A stretch of DNA of 54,269 nt, from positions 1 through 54,269 of the forward strand of contig CALXXG010000107.1 of NCBI GenBank assembly GCA_944392625.1, read 5' to 3'. The translations under genes and the position numbers were made by a program. Source of the DNA: an uncultured Rickettsiales bacterium (GTDB lineage: Bacteria > Pseudomonadota > Alphaproteobacteria > Rickettsiales > UBA1997). The notes under the pieces were generated by a model that worked only from the letters and a program-made list of their open reading frames with translations, was not told the DNA's origin and made no database searches. This document shows positions 30,452 to 40,766 of the stretch, piece after piece (position 1 is the first letter of the stretch; each line of letters opens with the position of its first letter).

Positions 30452-30456
30452 ATACG

Positions 30457-31488
30457 CTAGTTATTTAAAAATTGTTGTATATGCTTTTTATTTAGTGATA
30501 TGTCATCAAATTGCAAAAACGATGAAAGGCTAATTAGCTTTTCTTTCATTATCATTAATGAAATCTTTGTATTTTCTACATTATTTAAACAATATTCTTC
30601 AACAGCTTTCATATCATATTTTAAATAATCAAAATTTAAATATTTTAGATCTAAATAGTATTCAGAAGTATTATCAACAAAGCTCTTTATAAAAGTTTTT
30701 TCAAATAATATTTTTGATATTAAAACATCATCAACATCTTTATCAACAGTTTTTGATTGTTTTATAAAACCAATACTATTATTTTCTAAAAAATCTTTAA
30801 TATAAGAAATATTTTGTATATCTGGTATATTAGATATAAATAATCTAATTTTATCTAAAATATTTTTTTTATTTAATATTATATCATCAAAGAAAAAATT
30901 ATAATTATCATAATCGTCTTTTTTAGATATAAAATGATATGTAAGATTTTTAAATAGAGTATATTCAAACAAATATGGAATTTGATATAAATTACAAAAA
31001 ATCTCATCATTTTCTTTTGGATCTAAAACAGACGTCTTTAAACCAATTTCATGAAAAAAATTTGATGATTTTAAAATTACGTTCATTTTAGTATTTACAT
31101 CATAATTTAATACTACATTGTTTGGAAACAGTAAAAAATTACAAGGCATAAAGTTGTCTTCACGATTTTGCAGTAATGATTTAATTTTATTTGTGTTTTC
31201 CTTATACATATTAACATTTAAAATCAAACAATCACTTTTTGTAAAAGGTAAGAGTTTAAAAACATTTTTGTATTTTGAATACTCAATATTTAAAACTACA
31301 ATATCTGATTTTTTTAATAAATCATTTAATATAATGCTTGGTGAATTATCTATTAATTTTTTCTTGTTAAATAATTCAATTTTATCAACATCAAAATCAA
31401 ATCCAAAAGTATTATATTTTGCCTTTTTTAAACAATTTATTATCTTTTCTGATAAAAGATCTAAACCAATAATTAAAACGTTATACAT
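30457..31488 (-). CDS. hypothetical protein with degenerate Rossmann-like N-terminus (possible TyrA/prephenate dehydrogenase relic)
   Basis: 343 aa. The N-terminal MYNVLIIGLDLLSEKIINCLKKAKYNTFGFD resembles the IIGLGLIGGS...G.D start of prephenate dehydrogenases but lacks the Gly motif. The functional call is weak. Confidence 0.35.
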   Translation of the reverse strand: MYNVLIIGLDLLSEKIINCLKKAKYNTFGFDFDVDKIELFNKKKLIDNSPSIILNDLLKKSDIVVLNIEYSKYKNVFKLLPFTKSDCLILNVNMYKENTNKIKSLLQNREDNFMPCNFLLFPNNVVLNYDVNTKMNVILKSSNFFHEIGLKTSVLDPKENDEIFCNLYQIPYLFEYTLFKNLTYHFISKKDDYDNYNFFFDDIILNKKNILDKIRLFISNIPDIQNISYIKDFLENNSIGFIKQSKTVDKDVDDVLISKILFEKTFIKSFVDNTSEYYLDLKYLNFDYLKYDMKAVEEYCLNNVENTKISLMIMKEKLISLSSFLQFDDISLNKKHIQQFLNN

Positions 31489-31559
31489 TTTAAAAATTTA
31501 CTTGATAAATATTTTTCTAGTTATATTCTCTATATAGATTTATAAAAGTAAATAAAAAA

Positions 31560-32000
31560 ATGCTTACAAATATTAAACAATTTTTTGAAAAAACTAAAAA
31601 TCAAACAATTTCCTTATATCAAAAGCTCAAATTCTTTATAGAAGATAGCAAAAGAAAATTTCAAAATTTATATCAAACAAATTATGATACAGGAATATAT
31701 CATTTAGAACACAATCATTTATGGGATGCTTCTTTTAGATTTAAAATAATAAAAAGGTTTTGGCCAAATGAACTTAAGGCTCAATATATGTATGCCTATT
31801 GTTTAGTATTACAAAATTTTAATGGAGACGCAAAAAGACTATTAGAAGAAATGCTCCAGAAAGATCCAAACTATACAGAAGCCAAAGAACTTCTTGAAAG
31901 AATAAAAAACAATGACACAAAAGAATTAGTTGACAAATATAATGCAAAATTTAATAAGCCTGAACAAGTAGAACAAAAAAGCGATGAGAATAATAAATAA
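31560..32000 (+). CDS. tetratricopeptide-repeat-like protein
   Basis: 146 aa. TPR-like helices are WDASFRFKIIKRFWPNELKAQYMYAYCLVLQNFNGDAKRLLEEMLQKDPNYTEAKELLERI. It overlaps the mlaA start. Confidence 0.5.
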   Translation: MLTNIKQFFEKTKNQTISLYQKLKFFIEDSKRKFQNLYQTNYDTGIYHLEHNHLWDASFRFKIIKRFWPNELKAQYMYAYCLVLQNFNGDAKRLLEEMLQKDPNYTEAKELLERIKNNDTKELVDKYNAKFNKPEQVEQKSDENNK

Positions 32001-32817
32001 AATTTTTAAATTTTTATTGTTGTTCTTTTGTATATTTATTTACTCTAAACATTCATTTGCAAGACGAATTGATATAAATTCAACTATAAATATAACAAAG
32101 GAAGAAGAATACAATGATGCTGATGATTTTTACGATTTGGACTACGAACCAGAAAATATAAATGATAATATACAGGTATGGGATCCGTGGGAAAAAATGA
32201 ATAGAAAAATTTTTGAATTTAATTCTTTTATATTAAAATATCTTGCTAGACCATTATATTATAATGTGTACGAAAAAATTACAACACCTGGAATTAGAAA
32301 GTCTGTTCATAATATTGTTATGAACTTCAGATTACCAATAATTTTTATGAATTATGTATTACAGTTAGATTTTGATAATGCTGCAAGAGCATTTTATAGT
32401 TTTGGAATAAATACATTCTATGGAGTATTTGGTATTTTAGATGTATCTGGTTATCAAGGGACAACCCCTCCAACAACAGACTTAGGCATAACATTGGCAA
32501 AATATCATGTGCCGGCAGGCCCATATTTAATGTTGCCATTCTTTGGTCCTAATGATATCAGGGGAACATTAACATGGGGAACAGAAATGGCTATAGATCC
32601 TTTGGACTACAATTTATTTAAGATTGGTGGAAAAAGACCATTACTTGATAATTGGATAATATTTACTAGAGGCGGACTATATGTAGTTGATAACGCAAGT
32701 TATGCTGTAGTAAATTTTTATGATTTAATGGAATCATCTTTTGATCCATATATAATGATGAGAAATGCTTATGGACAATCACAAGCATATAAAATTAAAC
32801 AAGCACGGGGTAATTAA
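31984..32817 (+). CDS. mlaA: MlaA/VacJ-family outer membrane lipoprotein
   Basis: DPWEKMNRKIFEFNSFILKYLARPLYYNVY...GIRKSVHNIVMNFRLPIIFMNYVLQ matches the MlaA consensus (DP.E..NR..F.FN, NF..N...P....N..LQ). Confidence 0.85.
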   Translation: MRIINKIFKFLLLFFCIFIYSKHSFARRIDINSTINITKEEEYNDADDFYDLDYEPENINDNIQVWDPWEKMNRKIFEFNSFILKYLARPLYYNVYEKITTPGIRKSVHNIVMNFRLPIIFMNYVLQLDFDNAARAFYSFGINTFYGVFGILDVSGYQGTTPPTTDLGITLAKYHVPAGPYLMLPFFGPNDIRGTLTWGTEMAIDPLDYNLFKIGGKRPLLDNWIIFTRGGLYVVDNASYAVVNFYDLMESSFDPYIMMRNAYGQSQAYKIKQARGN

Positions 32818-32818
32818 T

Positions 32819-33406
32819 ATGAAAAAAACTTATATTGTCTTAGTATTGTTTTTTACATTTTTAACAACTGCTTTTGCGAAAAATATTGCAAATAAAGATG
32901 TTGAAAATTTTATAAAAAATATGAGTATTCAATCTCAAACAATTTTGAGTAATTCTAAATTGTCAGAAAAACAAAAAGAAGCAGAATATAAAAAATTTAC
33001 AGAAAATATAGTTGATTCTGATTGGGTTGCTAGATTTATTTTAGGAAATCAATGGAAAAATCTAACTCAAGATCAAAGAAAAGAATTTCAGATTTTATAT
33101 AAAGAATATCTTTTAGAAAATTATATGCCAAAATTGAAGGACTATAACAAAGATCTACAGATTAATAAAATAGTTAAGCAAAAAGACACCGTGTATATGG
33201 TGTACACAACAACAAAAGATATGAATAATAGAGATGTAAATGTTAACTTTAGAGTTATAGTTAAAGATAATGAGCTATATATAACCGATATCATTCCAGA
33301 AGGCATAAGTTTCATAAGCAGTCAAAGAAGCGATATAAATAGCGCAATCTCTCAAAGCGGCTATGATAATTTTATTAAGCAACTAAAAGAAAAAATAAAT
33401 AAATAA
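32819..33406 (+). CDS. mlaC: phospholipid-binding protein MlaC (Ttg2D family)
   Basis: Signal peptide MKKTYIVLVLFFTFLTTAFA, plus VDSDWVARFILGNQWKNLTQDQRKEFQILYKEYLLENY, typical of MlaC. Start at the ATG at 32819, just after the mlaA stop. Confidence 0.8.
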   Translation: MKKTYIVLVLFFTFLTTAFAKNIANKDVENFIKNMSIQSQTILSNSKLSEKQKEAEYKKFTENIVDSDWVARFILGNQWKNLTQDQRKEFQILYKEYLLENYMPKLKDYNKDLQINKIVKQKDTVYMVYTTTKDMNNRDVNVNFRVIVKDNELYITDIIPEGISFISSQRSDINSAISQSGYDNFIKQLKEKINK

Positions 33407-33410
33407 TATT

Positions 33411-33440
33411 ATATGTATCTATTATTTTATAGATACATAT
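33411..33440. terminator. bidirectional stem-loop between convergent mlaC and eptA-like genes
   Basis: atatgtatctat-tatttt-atagatacatat, a 12-bp perfect stem that overlaps the last codons of the minus-strand gene. Confidence 0.45.
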
Positions 33441-35061
33441 ATTTTATACAACTTTTAAATATATCCAAATTTTCCTCATAATACATTGATTTTACACCAA
33501 ATAATCCAAGCATTGAATGAAATATATTATCTTGCGAAAAATTTTCATTAGACTTTTTCTTTAGACAGTTCAAATCAAGATTAAATTCTTTTGTAAAACC
33601 ATCAGAAAACCACATAAAAAAAGCTGGATTTTTTTGATCTATGGGTGCACTATCAAATGGTGCGCTGTGCATAAATATCCCGTTTTCACCTAAAGACTGT
33701 CCATGATCAGACATAAAAATAAAAGCTACATTATACTTATCTTCATAACTTTTTAATATATCAATAATTTCTTTTATTAAATAACTTGTATAATAAATTG
33801 TATTATCATAGGCATTAACTATTTCTTCAATAGTGCAATTTTGCAATTCATCATTACATGCAGGTTTAAATTTTTCAAACTCTTTTGGATATCTATTAAA
33901 ATATAAAGGTCCATGACTTCCTCTTCCATGTAAAAATATTAAATTGTTTTCACCTTCCAATTGCTTTATATCACTTTTAAATACCCTTAATAATAAGTCA
34001 TCATATATATTTGTTCCAAAACTTTTAACTAATGAATTTTTAATTCTTTTACAAACATTTTTACATTTTCCATTGTTACTTTTCCAATATATATCAAAGC
34101 CAACCTTATCAAAAATATCTATCAATGATTCATATTTAAAACTCTGAGAATAATCAAATTTTTCTCTTGGCAAATGCGAAAAAGTGCATGTTAAACTAGC
34201 CGCAGTAAAAGTTGCACATGATTCAAAATTTTTAAAGCTGATTATTTCACCTTTATAATCATTTAAAAATTCGTTTGTTGGTCTTTCATATCCATTCAAC
34301 GAAAAATTTTTAGCTCTAGCAGATTCTCCAATCATAAAGATTAAAAGATTTCTCTTTTCACTTTTATTAACTCTTGTTAAAACTGCATCGTCGCTTATTC
34401 TTATCAAGTTTCTTGCGGTCCAATATATGTCAGCTTTAAAAGCTATAAATTCAAATATTGAACCAATATAATTTATTGGAATTATATAGCTGGTTATTCT
34501 CTGATTATCCTTTAAAAAAGTTTTACTTTTTTTAAACAAATAACAAGGAGATATCAATAATAATATAGCTATAACAAAACTACAAATAGCAAAAATTTTC
34601 TTTCTTTTATAGTTATCAAAATCAACTTCAATATTTCTTGATAAGAAATATATAGGCATACAGCCAAAGAAAAAAGTAAATATAAATGGATTTATACTAA
34701 AAAATTCAGATGCTTCATTATAGTTAGTTTCTGTAATATTAATCAACATATTAACATCAAATACTATTCCATAACTCAACATATAGTAATATACTATAGC
34801 ATTAAAAATTAATATTGTTCCTATAATATATTTAAAACCTTTTTTAAAAGTTATTAATGAATAAAATAAACAAAGCACAAAATATGTAAATATTGCTATT
34901 GGAAACAATAGCAATATACTATTGTAGGTTAAATAATATTTTTTAAAAAGTGGATATGAATATAGTATTAAGCTAAAAGCAGAAAAATAAAATATAAATT
35001 GCATAAAAGACAATTTAATTCTTTTATTTAATATCCCATGCATAAGATCAAAAATTTTCAT
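33427..35061 (-). CDS. phosphoethanolamine transferase (EptA/sulfatase family)
   Basis: 544 aa with five N-terminal TM helices, then a sulfatase domain: LLIFMIGESARAKNFSLNGYERPTNEFL, IFMSDHGQSLGENG. Confidence 0.85.
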   Translation of the reverse strand: MKIFDLMHGILNKRIKLSFMQFIFYFSAFSLILYSYPLFKKYYLTYNSILLLFPIAIFTYFVLCLFYSLITFKKGFKYIIGTILIFNAIVYYYMLSYGIVFDVNMLINITETNYNEASEFFSINPFIFTFFFGCMPIYFLSRNIEVDFDNYKRKKIFAICSFVIAILLLISPCYLFKKSKTFLKDNQRITSYIIPINYIGSIFEFIAFKADIYWTARNLIRISDDAVLTRVNKSEKRNLLIFMIGESARAKNFSLNGYERPTNEFLNDYKGEIISFKNFESCATFTAASLTCTFSHLPREKFDYSQSFKYESLIDIFDKVGFDIYWKSNNGKCKNVCKRIKNSLVKSFGTNIYDDLLLRVFKSDIKQLEGENNLIFLHGRGSHGPLYFNRYPKEFEKFKPACNDELQNCTIEEIVNAYDNTIYYTSYLIKEIIDILKSYEDKYNVAFIFMSDHGQSLGENGIFMHSAPFDSAPIDQKNPAFFMWFSDGFTKEFNLDLNCLKKKSNENFSQDNIFHSMLGLFGVKSMYYEENLDIFKSCIKYMYL

Positions 35062-35090
35062 TTTTTCTCTAAAGTTATTAATATCACATT

Positions 35091-36806
35091 CTATATTTTA
35101 CACATCTTAATTACCACATATGGTTTTTTTCCCATATCCAATTGAAAAATATGATTTATAGTTCTATTAACCTCTTTTTCTAAAAACAATTCTTTTTTTT
35201 CATTTGAATCAAACCTTGCAGCATCTTCTGGATTTGTCATTCTATTTAAAGCCGAATTATAACTTTTTGCTATATCTTCTTCAAGAATTTCTTTCATATC
35301 TTTTTCCTGATATAAATCATAATTTCCGGCTGTTGTTATAGATGGTATATTAGCTAGTTTATAATTTTTATCAACCATTAAAACAACAAAAATAATTCCA
35401 GATTCTGACATCTTTTTTCTTTCATTTATTATATGGCTTGTTAAAGGAATCATTCTTCTTCCGTCAATAGCTATATTTGTAAGGTCTAAATGTTCTATAA
35501 CCTTGCTTTGTTCCGGATGTTCAGAATCTATTTTTATTAAATCGCCATTTTTGCCTTTAATGACAGTTTTAATGCCACACGATTTTGCTATTCTTTTATG
35601 CTCTGACAAATGCATAGCTTCACCATGGGTGGCTATAACCATTTTTGGTTTTACAAGTTTATACATTTCAATTAATTCATCTCTTGTGTAATGGCCTGAT
35701 AAATGAACAAAACTATTTTCAGCTGTTATAATTTTAACATCTTTTTCAGAAAGTTTGTTATATAAATTATAAATATTTTTTTCGTTGCCAGGTATTACGC
35801 TTGCAGAGAATATTACCGTATCTCCGCTTGCTAAATGAATATTTTTATGAGTATCATTGGCAAGTTTATTTAAACCAGAAGTTAATTCACCCTGACATCC
35901 AGTTGAAATAATCATCAATTCTTTTTTATCATATTTTCCTAAGTCATCTTCAGCTATAAATTCTAAACCTTTAGGAATATAATTCATTTCATTCGCAACT
36001 TTTAAAATTCTATAGATTGATCTGCCTACTATGCCAATTTTTCTGCCAACAGATTTTGCTGCTAAAGACAAAGATATAATTCTTGCAATATTTGATGCAA
36101 AAATTGCACAGACTATTAGTCCATCTCTATGCTCTTTCATTATTGATTTTAAATTTTTCAATAATTCAGCTTCTGTTTTGCACTTTTCCGTTTTAAATAC
36201 ATTTGTAGACTCGCATACAGCTGCCAATACTTGGCCTTTATTGCCAAGCTCTTTAAGTCTTTTTTTATTTGAAATAGCACCAATAACAGGTTTTTCTTCA
36301 AACTTCCAATCTCCTGTATGCAGAATATTCCCTTTTTCTGTTTTAATCAAAATAGCTCTCATTTCAGGAGTAGAATGGGTTAAACCAATAAATTCAATCT
36401 CAAATGGTTTTAATTTTAATGGTTCTCCCTCCTTAATTTCAATAATCTTAACCTGATCAGCAAATTCATATTCGCTTAATCTTTCTCTTAAAAAAGTCGC
36501 TGTAAATTTTGATGTATAAATAGGCAATTTTAATTCTTCCCACAAATATTGTATCGCGCCAATGTGATCTTCATGAATATGGGTCAATAAAATGCCAACA
36601 CAATCTTTTATGTTCTTTTTTATAAAAGATATATCCGGAACCATTACATCAACACCTGGTATATCATTTGTAAAACCAACGCCCAAATCAACTATCAACC
36701 ACTTTCCATTATATTGATACAAATTGCAATTCAAACCAATCTCCCCACTTCCACCAAGCGGCAAGAATAAAATATCCTTTTTAAATTTACTTAAATTTAT
36801 TGTCAT
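35091..36806 (-). CDS. rnj: ribonuclease J
   Basis: Metallo-beta-lactamase motif LLTHIHEDHIGA, beta-CASP region, about 570 aa, N-terminal LPLGGSGEIGLNC. Confidence 0.9.
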   Translation of the reverse strand: MTINLSKFKKDILFLPLGGSGEIGLNCNLYQYNGKWLIVDLGVGFTNDIPGVDVMVPDISFIKKNIKDCVGILLTHIHEDHIGAIQYLWEELKLPIYTSKFTATFLRERLSEYEFADQVKIIEIKEGEPLKLKPFEIEFIGLTHSTPEMRAILIKTEKGNILHTGDWKFEEKPVIGAISNKKRLKELGNKGQVLAAVCESTNVFKTEKCKTEAELLKNLKSIMKEHRDGLIVCAIFASNIARIISLSLAAKSVGRKIGIVGRSIYRILKVANEMNYIPKGLEFIAEDDLGKYDKKELMIISTGCQGELTSGLNKLANDTHKNIHLASGDTVIFSASVIPGNEKNIYNLYNKLSEKDVKIITAENSFVHLSGHYTRDELIEMYKLVKPKMVIATHGEAMHLSEHKRIAKSCGIKTVIKGKNGDLIKIDSEHPEQSKVIEHLDLTNIAIDGRRMIPLTSHIINERKKMSESGIIFVVLMVDKNYKLANIPSITTAGNYDLYQEKDMKEILEEDIAKSYNSALNRMTNPEDAARFDSNEKKELFLEKEVNRTINHIFQLDMGKKPYVVIKMCKI

Positions 36807-37049
36807 ACATATAAAAATTATGGGCTTTTTTAAAGCTCTAAAATAATAAAATAAAGGCGTAATGCCCTAATAATGATTAATTAAATAATCAAATTGCTAC
36901 TTTCGGCAGCAAGAATCTCTTGAAATAAAACTTCTAAATATTATTATAGACAACTTTTTTTAAAAAACAATTGTTTTATATATTTTTATTTATTGATTTT
37001 TTATAAAAATAAAATATTGTTAGTTTATAAAACCTAAAACGAAAAAAAC

Positions 37050-37829
37050 ATGAAAATTATACAAATATTACAAGATATTGGTGAAAAAACATTAAAAAAT
37101 TTTAGATCTTTAGGAAAAGTATCAATATTTTTTTATAATACAGTAAAATATTCTATTACTCCAAAATGGCATTTTAATTTAATTATAAAACAATTATATA
37201 AAATAGGATTTTTATCGCTACCAGTTGTTGGTATGACTGCAATATTTACTGGTGGCGCTCTAGCTCTTCAAATATTTGTTGGATCATCAAGATGGTCTAT
37301 TACAGATACAGTTCCTTCAATAGTTGTATTAGGTATAACAAGAGAATTAGGTCCAGTTTTAACAGCATTAATGGTAGCCGGAAGAATTAGTTCAGCTATC
37401 GCAGCAGAAATTGGAACACTGAGAGTTACAGAACAAATAGATGCTCTAAAAACTCTATCAGTAAATCCATTTAGATATTTAATTGCCCCAAGGGTAATTG
37501 CCTCAATAATTTCTTTACCAATATTAACATTTATATTTGATATAATAGGTGTATTTGGAGGTTATTTAACAAGTGTATATAGTCTAGATTTCAATGCAGC
37601 AACCTATATAATTAAAACAGTAGACTTTATGAAACCTGAAGATGTTTATTCTGGATTAATAAAATCTATAGTCTTTGGGTTTATAATAGGATCAATGGGC
37701 TGCTATTATGGCTATAATTCAAACAAAGGAGCTGAAGGTGTTGGAAAAGCAACAACGAATGCGGTTGTTGTTGCTTCAATATTGATATTTATATTTAACT
37801 ATCTAATGACAGAAATATTTTTTGTATAG
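37050..37829 (+). CDS. mlaE: phospholipid ABC transporter permease MlaE
   Basis: GITRELGPVLTALMVAGRISSAIAAEIGTLRVTEQIDALKTLSVNP is the MlaE signature. Confidence 0.9.
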   Translation: MKIIQILQDIGEKTLKNFRSLGKVSIFFYNTVKYSITPKWHFNLIIKQLYKIGFLSLPVVGMTAIFTGGALALQIFVGSSRWSITDTVPSIVVLGITRELGPVLTALMVAGRISSAIAAEIGTLRVTEQIDALKTLSVNPFRYLIAPRVIASIISLPILTFIFDIIGVFGGYLTSVYSLDFNAATYIIKTVDFMKPEDVYSGLIKSIVFGFIIGSMGCYYGYNSNKGAEGVGKATTNAVVVASILIFIFNYLMTEIFFV

Positions 37830-37836
37830 TGATAAT

Positions 37837-37850
37837 GTTTCATATGAAAC
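37837..37850. promoter_or_regulatory. palindrome GTTTCA-N2-TGAAAC (copy 2 of 2)
   Basis: gtttcatatgaaac, which extends to the 16-bp palindrome tgtttcatatgaaaca at 37836-37851. It lies 8 nt after the mlaE stop. Confidence 0.25.
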
Positions 37851-37936
37851 AAAAAAATATTATAAATAATTAAAAAAGTATGGCATTTTAATATTTTATT
37901 TTTATAATAAATTTAAATCAATTTTTTTTGAAATAA

Positions 37937-38404
37937 ATGATAAAAAAAGACTTAAAAGATTATATAGTAAATCAACTAGATGAGCTAAAAATAAATGATA
38001 TTATCATTGCCGATACAAGCAAAACAAGTTCTATTGCAGATTTTGTTATTATTGGTAATGGAAGATCTGGAAAGCATATTGAGTCGTCTATGGAACTATT
38101 AAAAATTAAATTAAAAAACGAAAAATCCATAAATGGAATTATAAGCGGTGAAGCAAATGATGGATGGATTATTTTAGATTTAGGAAATATAATAGTTCAT
38201 CTTTTTGTTCCAGAAGTAAGAGATATATATAAATTAGAAGAATTATTTAATCCTAAAAAAATTACAAAAAATGAAAAAGTTAAAACAAAAAAAGAAACAT
38301 CAACAAAAATCAAAAAAACAGTTGTTGAAGAAGAAAAAACAGCAGTAAAAAAACCAACTACTAAAACAGTATCAAAAACAATTAAGAAAAAACAGGAGAA
38401 TTAA
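37937..38404 (+). CDS. rsfS: ribosome silencing factor RsfS with Lys-rich C-terminal tail
   Basis: DFVIIGNGRSGKHIES...DGWIILDLGNIIVHLF matches the RsfS core. An extra tail of about 45 aa is rich in KKxT. Confidence 0.8.
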   Translation: MIKKDLKDYIVNQLDELKINDIIIADTSKTSSIADFVIIGNGRSGKHIESSMELLKIKLKNEKSINGIISGEANDGWIILDLGNIIVHLFVPEVRDIYKLEELFNPKKITKNEKVKTKKETSTKIKKTVVEEEKTAVKKPTTKTVSKTIKKKQEN

Positions 38405-38405
38405 T

Positions 38406-38852
38406 ATGAGATGTCCTTTTTGTGGAAATGAAGAAACAGCTGTTAAAGACAGCAGAATTTGTGATGATGGAGAAACAATAAAAAGAAGAAGACTCTGTCC
38501 AAATTGTGATGCTAGATTTACAACGATTGAAAAAGTTTTAAGAAAAGAAATTTCTGTCACAAAAAAAGATGGAAGAAAAACTTTATTTGATAAAGACAAA
38601 TTATTTCGTTCAATTGCATCCAGCGCTGGTAAAAGACTTGATTACAAAAAAATAGAAGAAATAGTTAGTGATATTTCAAAAAGAATTGAAAGCAGTGGAA
38701 CAACAGAAATTAAAAGTTCCACAATAGGTGAAATGGTAATGGATACTCTTGAAAGAATTGACAAAGTTGCATTTATAAGATTTGCATCCGTTTATATGAG
38801 TTTTGAAACACCAGAAGATTTTAATAATTTTATTAAAAAAATTAATAGTTAA
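38406..38852 (+). CDS. nrdR: transcriptional repressor NrdR
   Basis: MRCPFCGNEETAVKDSR...RRRLCPNCDARFTTIE zinc ribbon plus an ATP-cone. Confidence 0.95.
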   Translation: MRCPFCGNEETAVKDSRICDDGETIKRRRLCPNCDARFTTIEKVLRKEISVTKKDGRKTLFDKDKLFRSIASSAGKRLDYKKIEEIVSDISKRIESSGTTEIKSSTIGEMVMDTLERIDKVAFIRFASVYMSFETPEDFNNFIKKINS

Positions 38853-38855
38853 TTA

Positions 38856-39155
38856 ATGAAAAAATTTAATAAAACTGTTGAAGACTTTATTTGCGAAAAT
38901 TGTGGTAAAAAAATAAAGGGTAATGGCTATACCAATCATTGTCCAAATTGTTTATATTCAAAACATGTAGATATAAATCCTGGAGATAGATCTTGTTCAT
39001 GTGGAGGCCTTATGAAACCAATTGAAATTTTACAAAAAAATGGAAATTTTATAATATTGCATAAATGTGAAAAATGTGGATTTGAAAGAAAAAATAAAAC
39101 TAGTGACAACGACAATTATAATAAAATAATTGAAATTGCCACAAATAAAAATTAG
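38856..39155 (+). CDS. RNHCP domain protein (zinc-ribbon)
   Basis: FICENCGKKIKGNGYTNHCPNCLYSKHVD contains the eponymous (T/R)NHCP motif, plus a second Cys pair HKCEKCG. Confidence 0.7.
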   Translation: MKKFNKTVEDFICENCGKKIKGNGYTNHCPNCLYSKHVDINPGDRSCSCGGLMKPIEILQKNGNFIILHKCEKCGFERKNKTSDNDNYNKIIEIATNKN

Positions 39156-39235
39156 ATTTATAATTTTATATATAAAATAAAAGATATATTTATTTGAAAA
39201 TTAAACTTATAAAATAATAACTTTAATATAAAAAA

Positions 39236-39910
39236 CTACACACCAGCCTATCTGACAGTTCTTTATTCTCCTTCAATAAAATCAATGCTTTCATTAAAGT
39301 TTAACAGCTCATGCCAGAGTGCAGTCTTCCCCACGAATGCAATGAGTATTTGAAAACAAGCATTACAGAATAAACAACACAAACTATATATTATCAAATA
39401 TAGTGTTTACACTAATATTTGACGGTTCATACCCGTAGCTTACCCAACTCAAAGGATGGAACAACAAGCCCTAAATATCGGAAAATATAAAAAATAATTT
39501 TATTTATTTTTTATTTGACGACTTATAGGTGATGTTTGTAGAATGAATAATGAGGGCTAGATGTTGGAAAATAAAAAGAGGTTTACTTATTTTTATTTAA
39601 CAACTCATGTCTGTAGCTTGATGAAAGAAATGGAGTATTTTTACAAGAATAAATCACACAATAATAAAAACAAAATGAACTGAGAAAATAAGATGGAAAA
39701 TAATGTGTTTGCATAATCATTTTAACTTGTTATTCCGCAAACTACGCCCATAAGTCGTCCAATTCAAGAAAGCTTGATTGTCAGACATTTATGGCTTGTT
39801 TTTGTCCCATCACATTTTGCCATAACAAAGTGTAAAACTACGCCGTATTGCCTCATTGCTAAAGTTAAACTTAACTACAAGTATAAGTGTGGGTTTCAAT
39901 GGATACAAAA
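39236..39910. repeat. mosaic GC-enriched intergenic element R2 (paralog of R1 and R3)
   Basis: Contents in order:
- Degenerate M1 (acaccagcctatctgacag, 39240-39258).
- Three forward module-A copies (about 39322-39370, 39434-39460, 39613-39640).
- Module B (39633-39675).
- Hairpin tcaag-aaag-cttga (39764-39777).
- Box cagacatttatgg (39782-39794).
- Module C (39811-39880).
The track ORFs 39774..39968 and 39856..40074 look spurious. Confidence 0.85.
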
Positions 39911-39913
39911 ATC

Positions 39914-39937
39914 GGAAGGCTTTTTCAGCAGCCTTCC
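39914..39937 (-). terminator. rho-independent terminator of the outer-membrane protein gene
   Basis: On the minus strand, ggaaggct-gctgaaaa-agccttcc is followed by gatttttgt. Confidence 0.65.
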
Positions 39938-39973
39938 TTGTAAAATTACAAAGGTATATAAAATTTAAAATAA

Positions 39974-40657
39974 TTAAAATCTATAACCCATGCCTACACC
40001 AAATTTATAAATATTGTTTTCTAAATCATCTACTACTGAAAAGAAAGTTCCAACATTTTTATTTGGTGTTTTAAAATCAAAATATGTACTGCTAAAATTT
40101 AAATTTAGACTTAAATAATCTGTTAAATTATATTCATAACTTAATGAAAACATAAAAGACATTTCATCATCTTTTTTGTTTGCATTATAATTTCTTAATG
40201 AATAATTATATTTATATGACATATTTTGAAAACCTATACCAACAGATAATGCATGCTTTTGTTTAAATTCATATCCTAGTGACAATCTAGCACCAAAATC
40301 CGGTCTAACCTCTAGACTATAGTGTCCATATCCCTTGTCATCATCGGCTTTAACTGATCCAAAATTATAAAATACTTCTGGAGTAACAAAAAAGCTATTG
40401 TCTTTAGTTTTATTAAAATATATTTTATATCTTGCATTAAGTTCAAAAGAAACATCATCATCAGATAATTCAATATTATTAATAAAACTACGTCCTTTTT
40501 CATCAAATTCAGAGTCTAATTTAAGATAATTTAAACCTCCACCTATTATAAATCTATTTTTATATTTATTAATTTCTTTAGCATATGTATTATTTATAAT
40601 ACATATACATATTATTAAGCATGCAACAAATGTTGACATACTTTTAATTGTTATCAT
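39974..40657 (-). CDS. outer membrane beta-barrel protein
   Basis: Signal peptide ...IINNTYA, alternating-hydrophobicity beta strands rich in Tyr/Gly/Asn, and a C-terminal aromatic ...GMGYRF. Confidence 0.7.
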   Translation of the reverse strand: MITIKSMSTFVACLIICICIINNTYAKEINKYKNRFIIGGGLNYLKLDSEFDEKGRSFINNIELSDDDVSFELNARYKIYFNKTKDNSFFVTPEVFYNFGSVKADDDKGYGHYSLEVRPDFGARLSLGYEFKQKHALSVGIGFQNMSYKYNYSLRNYNANKKDDEMSFMFSLSYEYNLTDYLSLNLNFSSTYFDFKTPNKNVGTFFSVVDDLENNIYKFGVGMGYRF

Positions 40658-40766
40658 TTTTATGCCTCTATTATTTAATTACACAAATATTATTAAAAAT
40701 ATTTTTTTATAAGTCAACAAAAATTATAATAAAAATGCGTATTTTTTATATTTTATGCAACTAAAA

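Noticed and set aside
39774-40074. Two overlapping plus-strand ORFs (39774..39968 and 39856..40074).
   Set aside because: They lie in the mosaic repeat R2 and run across the terminator hairpin, antisense into the end of the outer-membrane protein gene. They have no motifs and no conserved frame in R1 or R3.
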